A DNA stretch of 64,000 nucleotides from Mobula hypostoma (Eukaryota). Where the stretch lies: the NCBI RefSeq assembly GCF_963921235.1, contig NC_086097.1, positions 170,068,001 to 170,132,000 of the forward strand, given 5' to 3'. The translations under genes were made by a program, and so were the position numbers. Below the pieces are notes generated by a model. That model saw only the letters and a list, made by a program, of their open reading frames with translations, was not told the origin of the DNA and ran no database searches. Shown piece by piece: positions 24,371-38,300 of the stretch (position 1 is the first letter of the stretch; each line of letters begins with the position of its first letter).

Positions 24371-25359
24371 GTGGAGCATAGACTGATTTCTGCATCATAT
24401 ATTCCTTAAATGGAGTTAATAGGCTCCTGCCTGGCCCCTATCAATGTTGATCTATTTGCACACACTTAGAGGCTTAGTCCTGAGTGATTGGTTGTTCAAC
24501 TTTGTGATGGTTTGCTTTGCACTGTAAGCACCAGAATTCCACTCACAGTTCATCTATAATGAGCCAGCTGAGAACGGGAGCTCTTTACACTGCATCTCGG
24601 CACTCTGTAAACCTCGTTGTTTAATCTTACCAAATCCCACCAAACTACAAATTTATCTTCTGCTCCTCTCCAGTGGAGTTAAATGTTTCTTCTTCAAATG
24701 TTATTGATTTGAGAAAAACATCCGCCTAATCTGCATTGATTTGATCTAGGATTGAAGGACAGGTATTCCCATCAGACAGCAGATCTGTATGCATTTGATT
24801 CTTGGTGTGGACCTTTCTGTATGTCTGAAGCTTTGCTCCTTTATAAAATCTAAATTTAGCTGAAATACCAATCATTCTTTTCTTGTAACTACTGGTGTAC
24901 AGACAATAACAGGGGAATACACTGTCAGTCTCCTGCCTGTTTCATATAGCCATCAATGAAAGACATAACATTCATGTAGGATGACAACTTAGTTTTGCTA
25001 AAAGCATCGAGAGAGATCAGTCAATGAGACTCACGTGAAGCAAGCTGAAGATTGGCTTCCTTGAGTCAAAGTGACAGACAGATGGTGGAGGAATTGAAAG
25101 CAGTCATTAGGATGAGTCAGGCTCATGCTGACTTCCTTAAGTACTGCACAGAAACTATAAGAATGTGGATGTGGCCAGAGATTAGAAGCATTCAAAGCTG
25201 CAGGGATCCTCAATACTGTGAGCGTTGGAGTCTATCTGCCCCTTCTCAGCAGTCTGGCATAGTTTACTAAGCTTCTCTTCTTCTCCAGCTTTCACTCCTC
25301 CTTTAAGAACTTCCTTAAATACGACTGGACGTTTGACCACCAGTCCCGACTTCTCCTTG

Positions 25360-25605
25360 GAGACACAAGACACTGCAGCCGTTGGAATCTGGAGCTATAA
25401 GCAATCTTCTGGAAGAACTCAATGGGTCGAGCAGTATCTGTGGGAGGCAAAGAATGGCTGATTTTTTGGGGTTGAAACCCTGTATCATGGAATGGTACCA
25501 CATAGTATAGTGTCAAAACCCTTCATTAGAGCCTCAAAGGCAGGTTCTAGTGCAGGGTTTTGACCCAAAACATTGACATGCCGATTTCCTTCAGCAAATT
25601 GTTGC
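25360..25605. mobile_element. Old PLE fold-back, 'cagggtt' hammerhead subfamily
   Basis: Minus arm gacacaagacactgcagccgttggaatctggagc...aaccctgtatca; plus ctagtgcagggttttgacccaaaacattgac. Confidence 0.6.
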
Positions 25606-26214
25606 CCTAAATTCTACTTGCTGGTTTTATGCCAAGATTCTGTTGCTTGTACTCCTTAGAAGTGTTTCTCTAAATTAGAGGAACTAAACTGTGGTAGAAA
25701 AGAAACAAAGTAAGGTTTTGATAAAATCATTAAGTTATGCTGCATGAGAGCTGACCCTTCAGCTCATCCTGCTCATTGTGACCATCAGTCGAGGCTCTAC
25801 TCCAATCCTGTTTACCATTCCTCTGCACACAGCCTTCTCTTTTCGTCTAAATACCTCTTACATAAATGTTGGGAAGTTGATGGGTATTGGTTTATTATTG
25901 TCACGTGTACCAAGGCACAGTGAAACCCTTGTATTACATAGTTTATTCAGATCAAACCATTACATAGTGTATTGAGCTAGGATGAGGTAAAGCAATAACA
26001 ATGTGGAATAAAGTGTAAAAGCTGCAGAGAAGGTATAGTGTAGGTAAATAATGAAGTGCAAGATCATAACCAGGTAGATTGTGAGATCAATGGCCCATCT
26101 TATTGTACAAGATGTCTATTCAAGAGTCCAGTAACATCTGGATAGAAGCTGTCCTTGAGCCTGGTGGTACATGCTTTCAGGCTTTTGTACCTTCTACTTG
26201 ATGGGAGCGGGGAG

Positions 26215-27030
26215 AAGACCATAAGACATAGGAGCAGAATTAGGCCATTTGGCCCATCGAGTCTGCTCCGCCATTCAATCATGGATGATCCTTTTTTTTT
26301 TCTCCTCCTCAACCCCAGTTCCCAGTTTTCTCCCCGTAACCTTTGATGCCATGTCCAATCAAGAACCTATCAATCTCTGCCTTAAATACACCCAATGACC
26401 TGGTTTCCACAACTGCATATGGCAACAAATTCCACAAATTCACCACTCTCTGGCTAAAGAAATTTCTCCACATCTCTGTTTTGAATGATCGCCCCTCTAT
26501 TCTGAGGTTGTGCCCTCTTGTCCTAGACTCTCTCACCATGGGAAACATCCTTTTCACATCTACTCTGTCTAGGCCTTTCAACATTTGAAAGGTTTCAATG
26601 AGATCCCCCCTCATCCTTCTGAATTCCAGCGAGTACAGACCCAGAGCCATCAGACTTTCCTCATATGATTACCGTTTCATTCCTGCAATCATCCTTGTGA
26701 ACCTCCTCTGGACCCTCTCCAATGCCAGCACATCTCTTCTAATATGAGATGTTCACAATACTCAAGGTGAGGCCTCACCAGGGTCTGATAAAGCCTCAGC
26801 ATCACATCCCTGCTCTTGTATTCTAGACCTCTTGAAATGAACACTAACATTACATTTGCCTTCCTCACCACCGACTCAACCTGCAAGTTAACCTTTAGGA
26901 TGTTCTGCACAAGGATTTTGCATTTCAGAGTTTTGGATTTTCTCCCCATTTTGAAAATAGTCTGCACATTTATTTCTACTACCAAGCTGCATGACCATGC
27001 ATTTTCCAACATTGTATTTCATTTGCCACT
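26215..27030 (-). mobile_element. CR1 RT 3' portion nested in Rex1-like fragment
   Basis: LGLYSLEFRRMRGDLIETF, FFSQRVVNLWNLLP on minus strand. Confidence 0.85.
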
Positions 27031-27241
27031 TTTATTAGAGAAGATAGAATGTATGGAGTGGCTGGGATCTTTACAGAGGCAGCAAGGTATAGACAGAGTT
27101 TGTAGAGGGAAGGCTGCTTCTTGTGTTGTGCTGAGATACACCTTTCTGCATTTTTTTTGTGATCAAAGCAGATCAGTTGTCGTGCCAATCTGTGGTGCAT
27201 CCAGATAGGATGCCTTCTATGGTGCATCTATAAAAATTGGT

Positions 27242-27814
27242 TAGGAGAGCCATTTTATTAAAGTGGAAGGATTCTAATCCACCTACGGTCTTTTATTGGC
27301 TCTCCTCCATTATGTCCTGTTTTAAGTTTAGAGAAAATAAGAAGTCAGACATTTGATACATCCTTTAAATTTGAGCAAATATGGCGAGCTTTTATTCAAT
27401 ATTTTCATTTAATTTGATTTATTACTCTTTCAATTTTTTTTTGGAGTTTTAGATTTGATCAGGAAGTCTTTCTTTCTTTCTGGTTTTGGTCGTATCCTCA
27501 AAATGGACTGCCCAGTCCCCCCTTTTTTTTTTGGTTTTATTATAGTGTAGTGGTTTTTTTTTTCCTTTCTTTTAATTCAAGACCCAATGTTTTTTCCTTT
27601 CTCTTCGCAAACTGGTAAGAGGAGAATTGTTATTTTCATTTTTTTCATTATTATATATTTTATACTAGATCAATAATATCTATGATTTTGACGTTTGTCT
27701 TAATCTTGGTTTATATTGTTACTGATATATATATATGAACTAATTCTCCTCTTGACTGTATCTATGATTTTTTTTAAAAAATCAATAAAAAGATTAATAA
27801 ATAAATAAAGAAAG
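27242..27814 (+). mobile_element. 5'-truncated L1 (ORF2 C-terminus, T-rich 3'UTR, A-tail)
   Basis: RAILLKWKDSNPPT..W.....LEKI...FEQIWRAFIQYF*; AATAAA + A-rich tail; TSD aaaaattggt at 27232-27241 and 27815-27824. Confidence 0.85.
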
Positions 27815-28059
27815 AAAAATTGGTGAAGATTTACAGGGACATGTCAAACTTCTTTGTTTTCCTGAGGAAGTAGAGATGTTGGTGAGGATCAGAATCAGGT
27901 TTATGCTGTGAAATGTGTAGTTTTCGGCAGTGCAAAACATAAAAATAATATGTTACAATAAAAAAAGTAAAATAATTAAATACTGCAAATTTCAGAAATC
28001 TGTTGGCAAAGGGGAAAAAGCTGTTCCTAAATCATTGAGTGTGCATCTTCAGGCTATGA

Positions 28060-29700
28060 TATCTATATGGTTGGACCCGGACAGGATCTCAGCCTCAACA
28101 CCACTGATGTTCACAAGAGCATGTGCAGTGCTTCCTCCCCAGCCACCCTTTCCCGACTGGGCCAATAGCAGACCCAATCTCTGAGCAGACTGGTGCAAGC
28201 CAGGCTGCATCAATGTCCCAGCATTTCTCTCCATTTTGCTCTCCACAATACCACACCTCACCTCCAGCAGGCATCCTACAGGAGTCGAGTTATTAAGAGA
28301 AGAAGAATTAGGAGCAGAAGTAGGTCATCTGGTCTGTCAAGCCTGCTCTGCCATTCACAAGAGCATAGCTGATCTGGCCATGAACTCATCTCCACCCACC
28401 TGCCTTTTCTCCATAACCTTTTATTCCCCTGCTATAGAAACATCCAACCGTGCCTTAAATATATCTAATAAAGTATTTTCTACTGCTTCCCGGAAGAATC
28501 ACCACTTCCCGGGAAAAGCAGTTTCTCCTCACCTCCGTCCTAAATGAATTCCCTGATTAATCGGAACCAGATTTATTATCACTGAATTATATGCTGTAAA
28601 CATTGTTGTTTTTGTAGAAGCCCAAAGTTATAAAGCTACTGATAATTATAAGCAAAGTAAATAATGCAAAGAAAAGGAATGACAAAAGAGTGTTCATAGG
28701 TTTGTGGACCAGTGAGAAACTGATGGAGGAGGGGAAAAAGCTGTTCCTGAATCGTTGCGTATCGGTCCTCGGGATCCTGTACCTTTTCCCCGGTGACAGT
28801 AATAAGAAGAGGGCGTGTCCCAGATGATAAAACTCTTTAGTGATGGATGCTGCTGCTTTGAGGCACCACCTCTTGAAGAAGTCTTTGATGGCGGGGAGGG
28901 CTGTGTTCATGTTGAATCAGACTGAATCCATAACCCTCTGCAGCCTCTTGAGATCAAGTAAATTGAAGCCTCGCACCAGACTGTGATGGAACCAGTCAGA
29001 ATGCTCTCTGCCGTATATTGATAGATATTTGCAAATCTTTAACGACATGTCGAATCCCCTCAAACTTTTAACAATGTCGTGCCACGAGTGTGCCTCCTTT
29101 GTGACAGCATCTATGTATTGGCCCCAGAATGGGTCCTCTGAGATGTTGATGCCCAGGAACTTTAAGCTCTTCTCCCTTTCCAAAGCTGATCCATTAATGA
29201 GGACTGGTGTTTCTCCCAATAGTAATGAGAAATTGTTTAACCTCCATTACTTCAGCTCCAGAACCAAAGTCACCCTCATTTCATTTGCAGACATTGCTTG
29301 TGTCTGTGCATATTTAGAGGCTGAGTTTGAGGTCATCATCATTTCCTCACAAGACATTGGACCGAACACTAAACAGAAGAAAGATGAAGAACCTCTAGCA
29401 AAGGCACTGTTGCACAGCAGTCCCAGCAATCCCTACAACAGGAACCTGGATAATGCCAGCCACTTGACACATGCTGGGAATCGCCTCTCATTGATGGTGA
29501 AATTCAGCACCACCTCTCGTACACCAGCACAGCTTTTGGTTGTCTCAGGGAAAGATTGTTTGTAGGTCAAACCTTCAAACTTGGCATGGAGCTCACGGTC
29601 TACCATGCAGCAGTGATCCATCGCCTGCAAGACCTGGGCAGCTGCAGCAGACACCTTAAAACACTGGGTGGCACATTAAAGCAGTTGCCATAGAATCCTT
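28060..29700 (+). mobile_element. Old RTE-clade LINE RT fragment split by CR1 (~28295-28560) and Rex1 (~28565-29220) insertions
   Basis: Degenerate TG..PGCI, HLTSSRHPTGVEL, resumes NEKLFNLHYFSSRTKVT..FADIACVCA. Confidence 0.7.
28565..29220 (-). mobile_element. Rex1/Babar-like LINE 3' fragment
   Basis: PVLINGSALEREKSLKFLGINISED; RTDTQRFRNSFFP. Confidence 0.8.
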
Positions 29701-30657
29701 CAAATATACCGGAAGGAGATAGGAATCAAAGTTAATATCTGCTCCTAGGACAAATTATACAGCATTGCGGCCTACTTACACACAGTCGCATCCAACAGAC
29801 AGGTGGCCATACTTGACACCATACTCTAGAAACATTTTATTCTGAATTCAATCACAGAACCTAGAACAGTACAGCACAGTACAGGCACTTCAGCACACAA
29901 CATTGTGCCAACCTTTCTCACCCATTGTAAGATTAATTTAACCCTTCCTTACCCCATAGACTTCCATTTTTCTATCATCCAAGTGCCCAGCTAAGGGTCT
30001 CTTAAATGTTCATAAAGTGTCTGCCTCTCCCGCCACCTCTGGCAGCTGGCTCCACAAACCTACCACTCTGTGTAATAAACCTACCTTTGACATCCCCCTA
30101 TACTTTCCTCGCACCACCTTAAAATGATGTCTCCTTGCATTACCCATTTCCACCTTGGGGGAGAAAAGCCTCTGGCTGTCCATTTTCTTATCCTCTTATC
30201 ATCTGAACACCTCTATCAATTCACCTCTCACTCTCCTTTGCTTCAAGGAGAAAAACATTAGCTCGCTCAAGCTATCCTCATAAGACATGCCCTGTAATCC
30301 AGGTAGAATCCTCATAAATCTCCTTTGCACCCTCTGTCAAGCTTCCACATCCTTCAATTATGGTCTAACCAGAGTTTTATAGAGCTGCAACATTATCTCA
30401 TGGCGCTTGAACTCAATCCCACTTGTGTGGCAACTTTGAGGGAATCTAAGGACATGGACCCCAAGATCTTTCTATTCCTCCACACAGTTAAGAATTCTGC
30501 CATTAACTCATACTCTGCCTTCAAATCTGACCTTCCAGAGTGTATCACTTCACACTTTTCTGGAATGAACTCCACTCTTCTACTTCCTCATCCAAGTAAT
30601 TAATAAAAATCACAAAGAGCAGGGGTCTCAGAACATATCCTTAAGGAACACCACTGG

Positions 30658-31510
30658 TGTCACGCTGTGTGCTGACAAACGACTGAACCCAGGTACAGAG
30701 GAATGTCAGACTCTCATGTTGAGTTAGAAACAAAAGGTTATTCATAGGAATTCTATCTGAATATTGGTGGCTTGACTGAGCGACAGCATGAACTGAATCA
30801 TTCTCCAGATACATGTAAATACCCTATGACCTGTGCTAATGGAGAATTCACTTTAAATAAGCACAGTATGCTGTAAACCCGTGCCAGTCAAAATAAACTT
30901 AACAAGATTTTGACACTCAAAAACGTCTTTAGATGTACCGGGGACAGCATTCTGACAGGCTGCATCACTGTCTGGTATGGAGGGGCTACTGCACAGGACC
31001 GAAAGAAGCTGCAGAGGGTCGTAAATTTAGTTGGCTCCATCTTGGTTACTATCCTACAAAGTAGCCAGGACATCTTCAAGGAGCGGTGTCTCAAAAAGGC
31101 AGTGTCCATTATTAAGGATCCCCAGCTGTCAGGGCATGCCCTTTTCTCGCTGTTGCCATCAGTCAGATAGGAGGTACAGAAGCCTGGAGCACACACTCAG
31201 CGATTCAGGAACAGCTTCTTCTCCTCTGCCATCCGATTTCTAAATGGATGTTGAACCCATGAACAATACCTCACTTTTTAAACATACATTATTTCTGTTT
31301 TTGCATGATTTTTAATCTATTCAATAAACATATAATGTGGTTGATTTATTTATTTATTTTAAAATTTTTTTCTTCTATATAATGTATTACATTGAACTGC
31401 TGCTAAGTTAACAAATTTCACAGCACATGCCAATGATAATAAACCTGATTCTGATTCTGATAAGAGAACAATTAACAAGTTCAGGTGCACGGCAGGCAGG
31501 GCTCACGACA
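30658..31510. mobile_element. Solo LTR interrupted by a Rex1-like LINE
   Basis: TGTCACG...CACGACA termini; 5-bp TSD actgg (30653-30657, 31511-31515) within a minus-strand CR1. Confidence 0.75.
30910..31460 (+). mobile_element. Rex1/Babar-like LINE 3' fragment
   Basis: SILTGCITVWYGG..DRKKLQRVV..IIKDP; (ttctga)n tail. Confidence 0.85.
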
Positions 31511-31671
31511 ACTGGTCACCAACCTAGAGGCAGAATATACTCCATCTGTACCACTCTCTGCCTCCTGTGGAATAGCCAATTCAAAATCCTTGTGGCCAAT
31601 TTTCCCTGAATCCCATGTCTCCTAATTTTCTGAGTGAGCCTACCTTACAAAAAACTTTAGTAAAATCTATA

Positions 31672-32227
31672 TGTAACTCTCAGTTCGGCTAGTAGCTTAA
31701 TCTAGAGGAAGACAGCCCTCGGCCCGGCCAAACTTAAGAAATCTTGTTTGGGTGGATGCTGCGCGATGTGTCCCCTGTTACAAATCAGTACCATGAAATA
31801 ACAAATGGTGCACAATATACAATCAAATGGTTGCACTTTATAATTCTTAATTTGACTATATGGTTAGTAAAGAAATAAAAAATAAGAAAAGGGCCCATTC
31901 TCATGAAAGTCTAATGCGCAATGTTGGAGCTCACGGTTCAGTCCACTGGTTTCCCGTTGACCTCCTCTGAGTGTATCCGACCCTCGGACCCTCGCTCCAA
32001 GTCCACTCTATCCGGCGGTCTACCAACTCTCTCCATTTGTGGCTTCTCGCCTCATCTCTCCCCAGCAAAAGACCCCGAAATCCCTGTTTCAAGACCCACA
32101 GGAAAGAACAACATGCCTCTCATTGGATAACCTACATGCCAAAGCCCCGTTATCTCTAGTCATAACCCAAACATTGCTGCTACAGAGAAACCATTACATT
32201 AGCAGTGAAACATTACAGCTGGTTACA
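31672..32227. mobile_element. Solo LTR (556 bp)
   Basis: TGTAAC...GTTACA inverted termini; flanks tata/tgta (near-TSD); interrupts a minus-strand CR1. Confidence 0.75.
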
Positions 32228-33350
32228 TGTATATACCAGGTCCATTGTTTCACCTGTATCAGTTTGTTTTGTCGCTTTCTCAAAAAATTCAATTTGGCTC
32301 ATGAGACACAATCTGCCCTTCATAAACCATGTTGACTATCCCTAATCAGACAACTGTATGCTTCTCCAAATGTGTGTAAGTCCTATCTCTAAGAGTCCTC
32401 TCCAATAATTTGCCCTCCATTGACTCACTGGTCTATGATTCCCATTGTTATTCTATTACCTTTCTTGAATAAAGAACAACATTTAGCACCTTTCAGTTTT
32501 CAACCCTTCACCCTGCCATTATTTGCCTGACTCAATATGACAAACCTATTCAGAACCCCATGCATTTGCTCCCGAAACAACCTCCAAATTTCTATTGTGC
32601 ATTTCCCAAGTTACGCTCCCAAATTAAAGCTTAATTCCATCATAATTTACCCTCCCCCGATTAAATACTTTCCCATACTGTCTATTCCTATCCCTGCTAT
32701 AGTAAAGGTCAGAGAAATGTGGCCACTGTCTCCAAAGCGCTCACTTACTGAGAGATCTGTCACCTGACCAGATTCAACGTCCCATACCAGATCCAGTATA
32801 GTCTCTCTTCCTAGACGCACCTAAAGGAGATGCCATTAGCAGGTGGACAGAGAAGGCAACTGAAGGATGTTCTCAAAGATTGGAAAGCATCACACCTTCA
32901 TGTGTAAAGGTGGAGGGAGTAGTGGACTCTGTCCTTCCCCACCATTGGTAGTACCTACAGGAGGTGCTACCTCGAGATGGCAACATCCATCATCAACGAT
33001 CCCCACCACTCGGGCCACACCATCTCCTCACAGCCACCTTTCGATAGGAGGTACAGAAGCCTGAAATCCCACACCACCAGATTCAAGGGCAAATATTTCC
33101 CTTCAACCATTCAGTTCTTGATTTAACCTCTACAACCTTACTCACTACAGTTTATCAACACTTTGATCAATTTGCACTAAAATGGACTTCTTTGTTTTAG
33201 TTGTACTCTTTCTAGCATAACTAGAGTATAATATATGTTTAAATTATAGTTTCTTGTGAATGCTGCTTACCTGATGCTATGTGCCTGTGATGTTATTGCA
33301 AGTAAGTTTTACATTGCATCTCTGCATACATGTACTTGTACAGGTGACAA

Positions 33351-34445
33351 TAAAGTTATTGACCCCTTCCTGCTCCTAACTTCCACCCACAGAGACTCTG
33401 TAGACAATCGCTCCATGGCATCCACCTTTTCTGCAGCCGTGACACTATCTCTGATCAACAGTGCCATGCCCCCACCTCTTTCGCCTCCCTCCCTGCTCTT
33501 TCTGAAACATCTAGAACCCGGCACTTGAAGTAACCATTCCTGTCCCTGAGCCATCCAAGTCCCTGTAATGGCCACCACATCATAGCTTCAAGTACTGATC
33601 CACACTCTAAGCTCATCCGCTTTGTTCACAAAACTCCTTGTGTTAAAATAGACACATCTCAAACCTTCGGTTCAACACAGCTTTGTGGGCCGAAGGGCCT
33701 GTATTGTGCTGATGCCTGGGAATCCTTGGCCAGTGACTGTTCAAAACAAAGAACAAGCTTTTGGGTTTGACAGTGAGAGTCATGGGTCCATGCATTGTAA
33801 GCATACAGAAACCCATTGTTAAGGGATGTTTTCTCTCTCTGGACCATAGTTCTCCATACCCCTCTCTTCCCTGCACCAATCCAAACTTTTATTAGATGCT
33901 ATAATTGAAATTGCATCTACCACTTCTGCCGGCAGCTCTGTTCCAGACATACACTACCCTCTGAGTGAAGAAGATCCCCCTCATGTTCCCCTTAAATGTT
34001 TCACCTTTCACTCTAAACCTATGAGATTTGGTTCTGGTCTCACCCAACCTGAAAGGAAAAAGGCTTAGTAACATAGAAAGCCTACAGCACAATACAGGCC
34101 CTTCGGCCCACAAAGCTGTGTTGAACTGAAGGTTTGAGATGGGTCTATTTTAACACAAGGAGTGTTGTGAACAAAGCGGATGAGCTTAGGATGTGGATCA
34201 GTACTTGGAGCTATGATGTGGTGGCCATTACAGGGACTTGGATGGCTCAGGGACAGGAATGGTTACTTCATGTGCAGGGTTTTAGACGTTTCAGAAAGTG
34301 CAGGGAGGGAGGCGAAAGAGGTGGGGGCGTGGCACTGTTGATCAGAGATAGTGTCACGGCTGCAGAAAAGGTGGATGCCATGAAGCAATTGTCTACAGAG
34401 TCTCTGTGGGTGGAAGTTAGGAACAGGAAGGGGTCAATAACTTTA
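33351..34445. repeat. 361-bp inverted duplication (33351-33711 / 34085-34445)
   Basis: Left arm is the reverse complement of the CR1 insertion junction and APE start. Confidence 0.9.
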
Positions 34446-36941
34446 CTGGGTGTTTTTTATAGGCTGCCCAATAGTAACACGGACATGGAGGAGCAGATAG
34501 GGAAACAGATCCTGGAAAGGTGTAATAATAACAGAGTTGTCGTGATGGGAGATTTTAATTTCCCAAATATCAATTGGCATCTCCCTAGAGCAAGGGGTTT
34601 AGTTGGGGTGGAGTTTGTTAGGTGTGTTCAGGAATGTTTCTTGACACAATATGTAGATAAGCCTACAAGAGGAGAGACTGTACTTGATTTGGTATTGGGA
34701 AATGAACCTGGTCACGTGTCAGATCTCTCAGTGGGAGAGCATTTTGGAGATAGTGATCACAACTCTATCTCCTTTACAATAGCATTGGAGAGAGACAGGA
34801 ACAGACAAGTTAGAAAAACATTTAATTGGAGTGAGGGGAATTATGAGGCTATCAGGCAGGAAATTGGAAGCTTAAATTGGAAACAGGTGTTCTCAGGGAA
34901 AAGTACGGAAGAAATGTGGCAAATATTCAGCGGATATTTGTGTGGAGTTCTGCATAGGTACGTTCCAATGAGACAGGGAAGTTATGGTAGGGTACAGGAA
35001 CCGTGGCTGTAACAAATCTAGTCAAGAAGAAAAGAAAAGCTTACAAAGGTTCAGAGAACTAGGTAATGTTAGAGATCTAGAAGATTATAAGGCTAATAGG
35101 AAGGAGCTTAGGAAGGAAATTAGGAGAGCCAGAAGGGGCCATGAGAAGGCCTTGGTGGGCAGGATTAAGGAAAACCCAAGGCATTCTACAAGAATGTGAA
35201 GAGCAAGAGGATAAGACGTGAAAGAATAGGACCTATCAAGTGTGACAGTGGGAAAGCGTGTATGGAACTGGAGAAAATAGCAGAAATAATTAATGAATAC
35301 TTTACTTCAGTATTCACTGTGGAACAGGATCTTGGTGATTGTAGTGATGACTTGCAGTGGACTGAAAAGCTTGTGCATGTAGATATTAAGGAAAAGGATG
35401 TACTGGAGCTTTTGGAAAGCATCAAGTTGGATAAGTTGCCAGGACCGGATGAGATGTACCCCAGGCTACTGTGGGAGGTGAAGGAGGAGATTGCTGAGCC
35501 TCTGGCAATGATCTTTGAATCATCTATAGGGACGGGAGAGGTTCTGGAGGATTGAAGGGTTGCGGATATTTTTCCTTTATTCAAGAAAGGGAGTAGAGAT
35601 AGCCCAGGAAATTATAGACCAGTGAGTCTTACCTCAAGTGGTTGGTAATTTGATGGAGAAGATCCTGAGAGGCAGGATTTATGAACATTTGGAGAGGTAT
35701 AATATGATTAGGAATAGTCAGCATGGCTTTGTCAAGGGCAGGTCATGCCTTACGAGCCTGATTGAATTTTTTGAGGATGTGACTAAACATTGATGAAGGA
35801 AGAGTAGTAGATGCAGTATATATGGATTTCAGCAAGGCATTTGATAAAGTACCCCATGCGAGGCTCATTGAGAAAGTAAGGAGGCATGGGATCCAAGGAG
35901 ACATTGCTTTATGGATCCAGAACTGGCTTGCTCACAGAAGACAAAGAGTGGCTGTAGACAGGTCATATTCTGCATGGAGGTCAGTCACCAGTGGCGTGCC
36001 TTAGGGATCTGTTCTGGGACCCTTACTCTTCTTGATTTTTATAAATGACCTGGATGAGGAAGTGGTGGGATGGGTTAGTAAATTTGCTGATGACACAAAG
36101 GTTGAAGGTGTTGTGGATAGTGTGGAGGGCTGTCAGAGGTTACAGCGGGACATTGATAGGGTGCAAAACTGGGCTGAGAAGTGGCAGATGGAGTTCAACC
36201 TAGATAAGTGTGAAGTGGTTCATTTTGGTAGTTCAAATATGATGGCAGAATATAGTATTAATGGTAAGACTCTTGGCAGTGTGGAGGATCAGAGGGATCT
36301 TTGGGTCAGAGTCCATCGGACGCTCAAAGCAGCTGTGCAGATTGACGCTGTGGTTAAGAAGGCCTACGGTGTATTGGCCTTCATCAATCGTGGAATTGAA
36401 TGTAGGAGCTGAGAGGTAATGTTGCAGCTATGTAGGACCCTGGTCAGACCCCACTTGGAGTACTGTGCTCAGTTCTGGTCGCCTCACTACAGGAAGGACG
36501 TGGAAGCCATAGGAAGTGTGCAGAGGAGATTAACAAGGATGTTGCCTGGATTGGGGAGCATGCCTTATGAGAATAGATTGCATGAACTCAGCCTTTTCTC
36601 TTTGGAGTGACGGAGGATGAGAGGTGACCTGATAGAGGTGTATAAGATGATGAGAGGCATTGATCGTGTGGATAGTCAGAGGCTTTTTCTGGGGCTGAAA
36701 TGGTTGCCATAAGAGGACACAGGTTTAAAGTGCTGGGGAGTAGGTACAGAGGAGATGTCAGGGGTAAGTTTTTTACTCAGAGAGTGGTGAGTGCATGGAA
36801 TGGGCTGCCAGCAACGGTGGTGGAGTCGGATACGATAGGGTCTTTTAAGAGACTTTTGGATAGGTACATGGAGCTTAGAAAGATAGAGGGCTGAAGGGCC
36901 TGTATTGTGCTGTAGGTTTTCTATGTTTCTATGTTTCTATG
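34127..36941 (+). mobile_element. 5'-truncated CR1 (APE+RT, several stops/frameshifts) inserted into the 3' end of a minus-strand CR1 (34069-34126 + 36942-37125)
   Basis: YFNTRS, GDFN, SDH, PGPD, DFSKAFD, FADD; (ttctatgt)n tail. Confidence 0.92.
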
Positions 36942-37239
36942 TCCTTACCTTAGAAGTTACCTAGGGTTACTCATAGCTCTCTATTTTTCTAAGCTCCATG
37001 TACCTGTCCAGGAGTCTCTTAAAAGACCCTATTGTTTCTGCCTCTACCACCATCACCAGCAGCCCATTCCATGCACTCACCACTCTCTGCATAAAAAACT
37101 TACCCCTGACATCTCCTCTGCACTCCATTGATAACCCTGTTTACTATTAACCTGTCTATTACATTAACCTACCTAATTATATTATTTCCCTTACAGTCAC
37201 CCCTAACTATCCTTACTACAGCTATCCAGGAAGAGAAAC

Positions 37240-38300
37240 ACAACAAGTGGTCAACACAATCATACCTTCAGTTCTAATCACAAGTTCCAAGCCTCTGTCC
37301 CTACCTCTGCTACTGGGATTCTTGACTTCCTCACCAGGAGACCATTGTCTGTGCGGGTCAATAATATCACCTCCTCCTTGAGGACAATCAAAACTGGCGC
37401 ACCTCAAGTTTGCATGCTTAATCCACTTCTCTAATCTCTCTACACCCACGGCTGTGCGACTAGGCACTGCTCAAATGCCATCTATAAACTTGCCGACAAT
37501 ATAGCTATTGTTGGCAGAATTTTAGATGAGGATGAGTAGGTGTACTTGAGCAATGTAGATCAGCTGGTAGAGTGGTGTCGCAGCAACAACCTTGCACTCA
37601 AAGTCAGTAAGACCAAGAAATTTATGGTGGTCTTCAGGAAGGGGAAGTCGATTGAATACACACCAGTCCTCATCGAGGGATCAGCAGAGGAAAAGGTGAG
37701 CAGTTTCAATTTCCGAGGTATCAGCATCTCTGAGGATCTATCCTGTGCCTAACATATTGATGCAATTACAAATTAGACACAACAGTGGCAATATTTCATT
37801 ATGGGTTTGATGACACCAAAGACAATCGCAAATTTCTACAGATAAAACTGGTGGCATCACTGTCTCGTATGGAGGGGCCACTGTACAGGATTGGAAAAAG
37901 TTGTAGAAAGTTATAAACATAGCCAGTTCCATCATGGATACTAGCCTCCCCTCTCCAGGAAACCTTCAAAAGGCAATGCCTCAAAGGGGCAGCATCCATC
38001 ATTGAGGACCCCCATCACCCATTGATACCATAAAGGAGGAGGTACAGGAGCCTGAAGGCACATACACATTTCAGGAACAGCCTCTTTCCCTTTGCCATCA
38101 GATTTCTGAATGGGCAATAGGCACGTGGACACTACCTCGGAATCCTTGTTTTCCTTTCTTGTTGCACTATTTACTTAAAATTTTCTTTTTTTTATATGCA
38201 CTTATTGTAATTTATAGTTTTTTCACTATGCATTGCAAAGTAAATAACAAGACAACAAATTTCACAACATATACCAGTGATACTGAATCTGATTCTGATT
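37240..38300 (+). mobile_element. Decayed Rex1/Babar-like LINE
   Basis: QLVEWCRSNNLALKVSKTK; (tctgat)n tail. Confidence 0.8.

Noticed and set aside
29029..29565. 178-aa ORF as host gene
   Set aside because: Chance fusion of antisense Rex1 and decayed RTE sequence.
34069..36941. CR1 with apparent terminal inverted repeats
   Set aside because: The 5' 'repeat' is the tail of a minus-strand CR1 into which it inserted; the host resumes at 36942.
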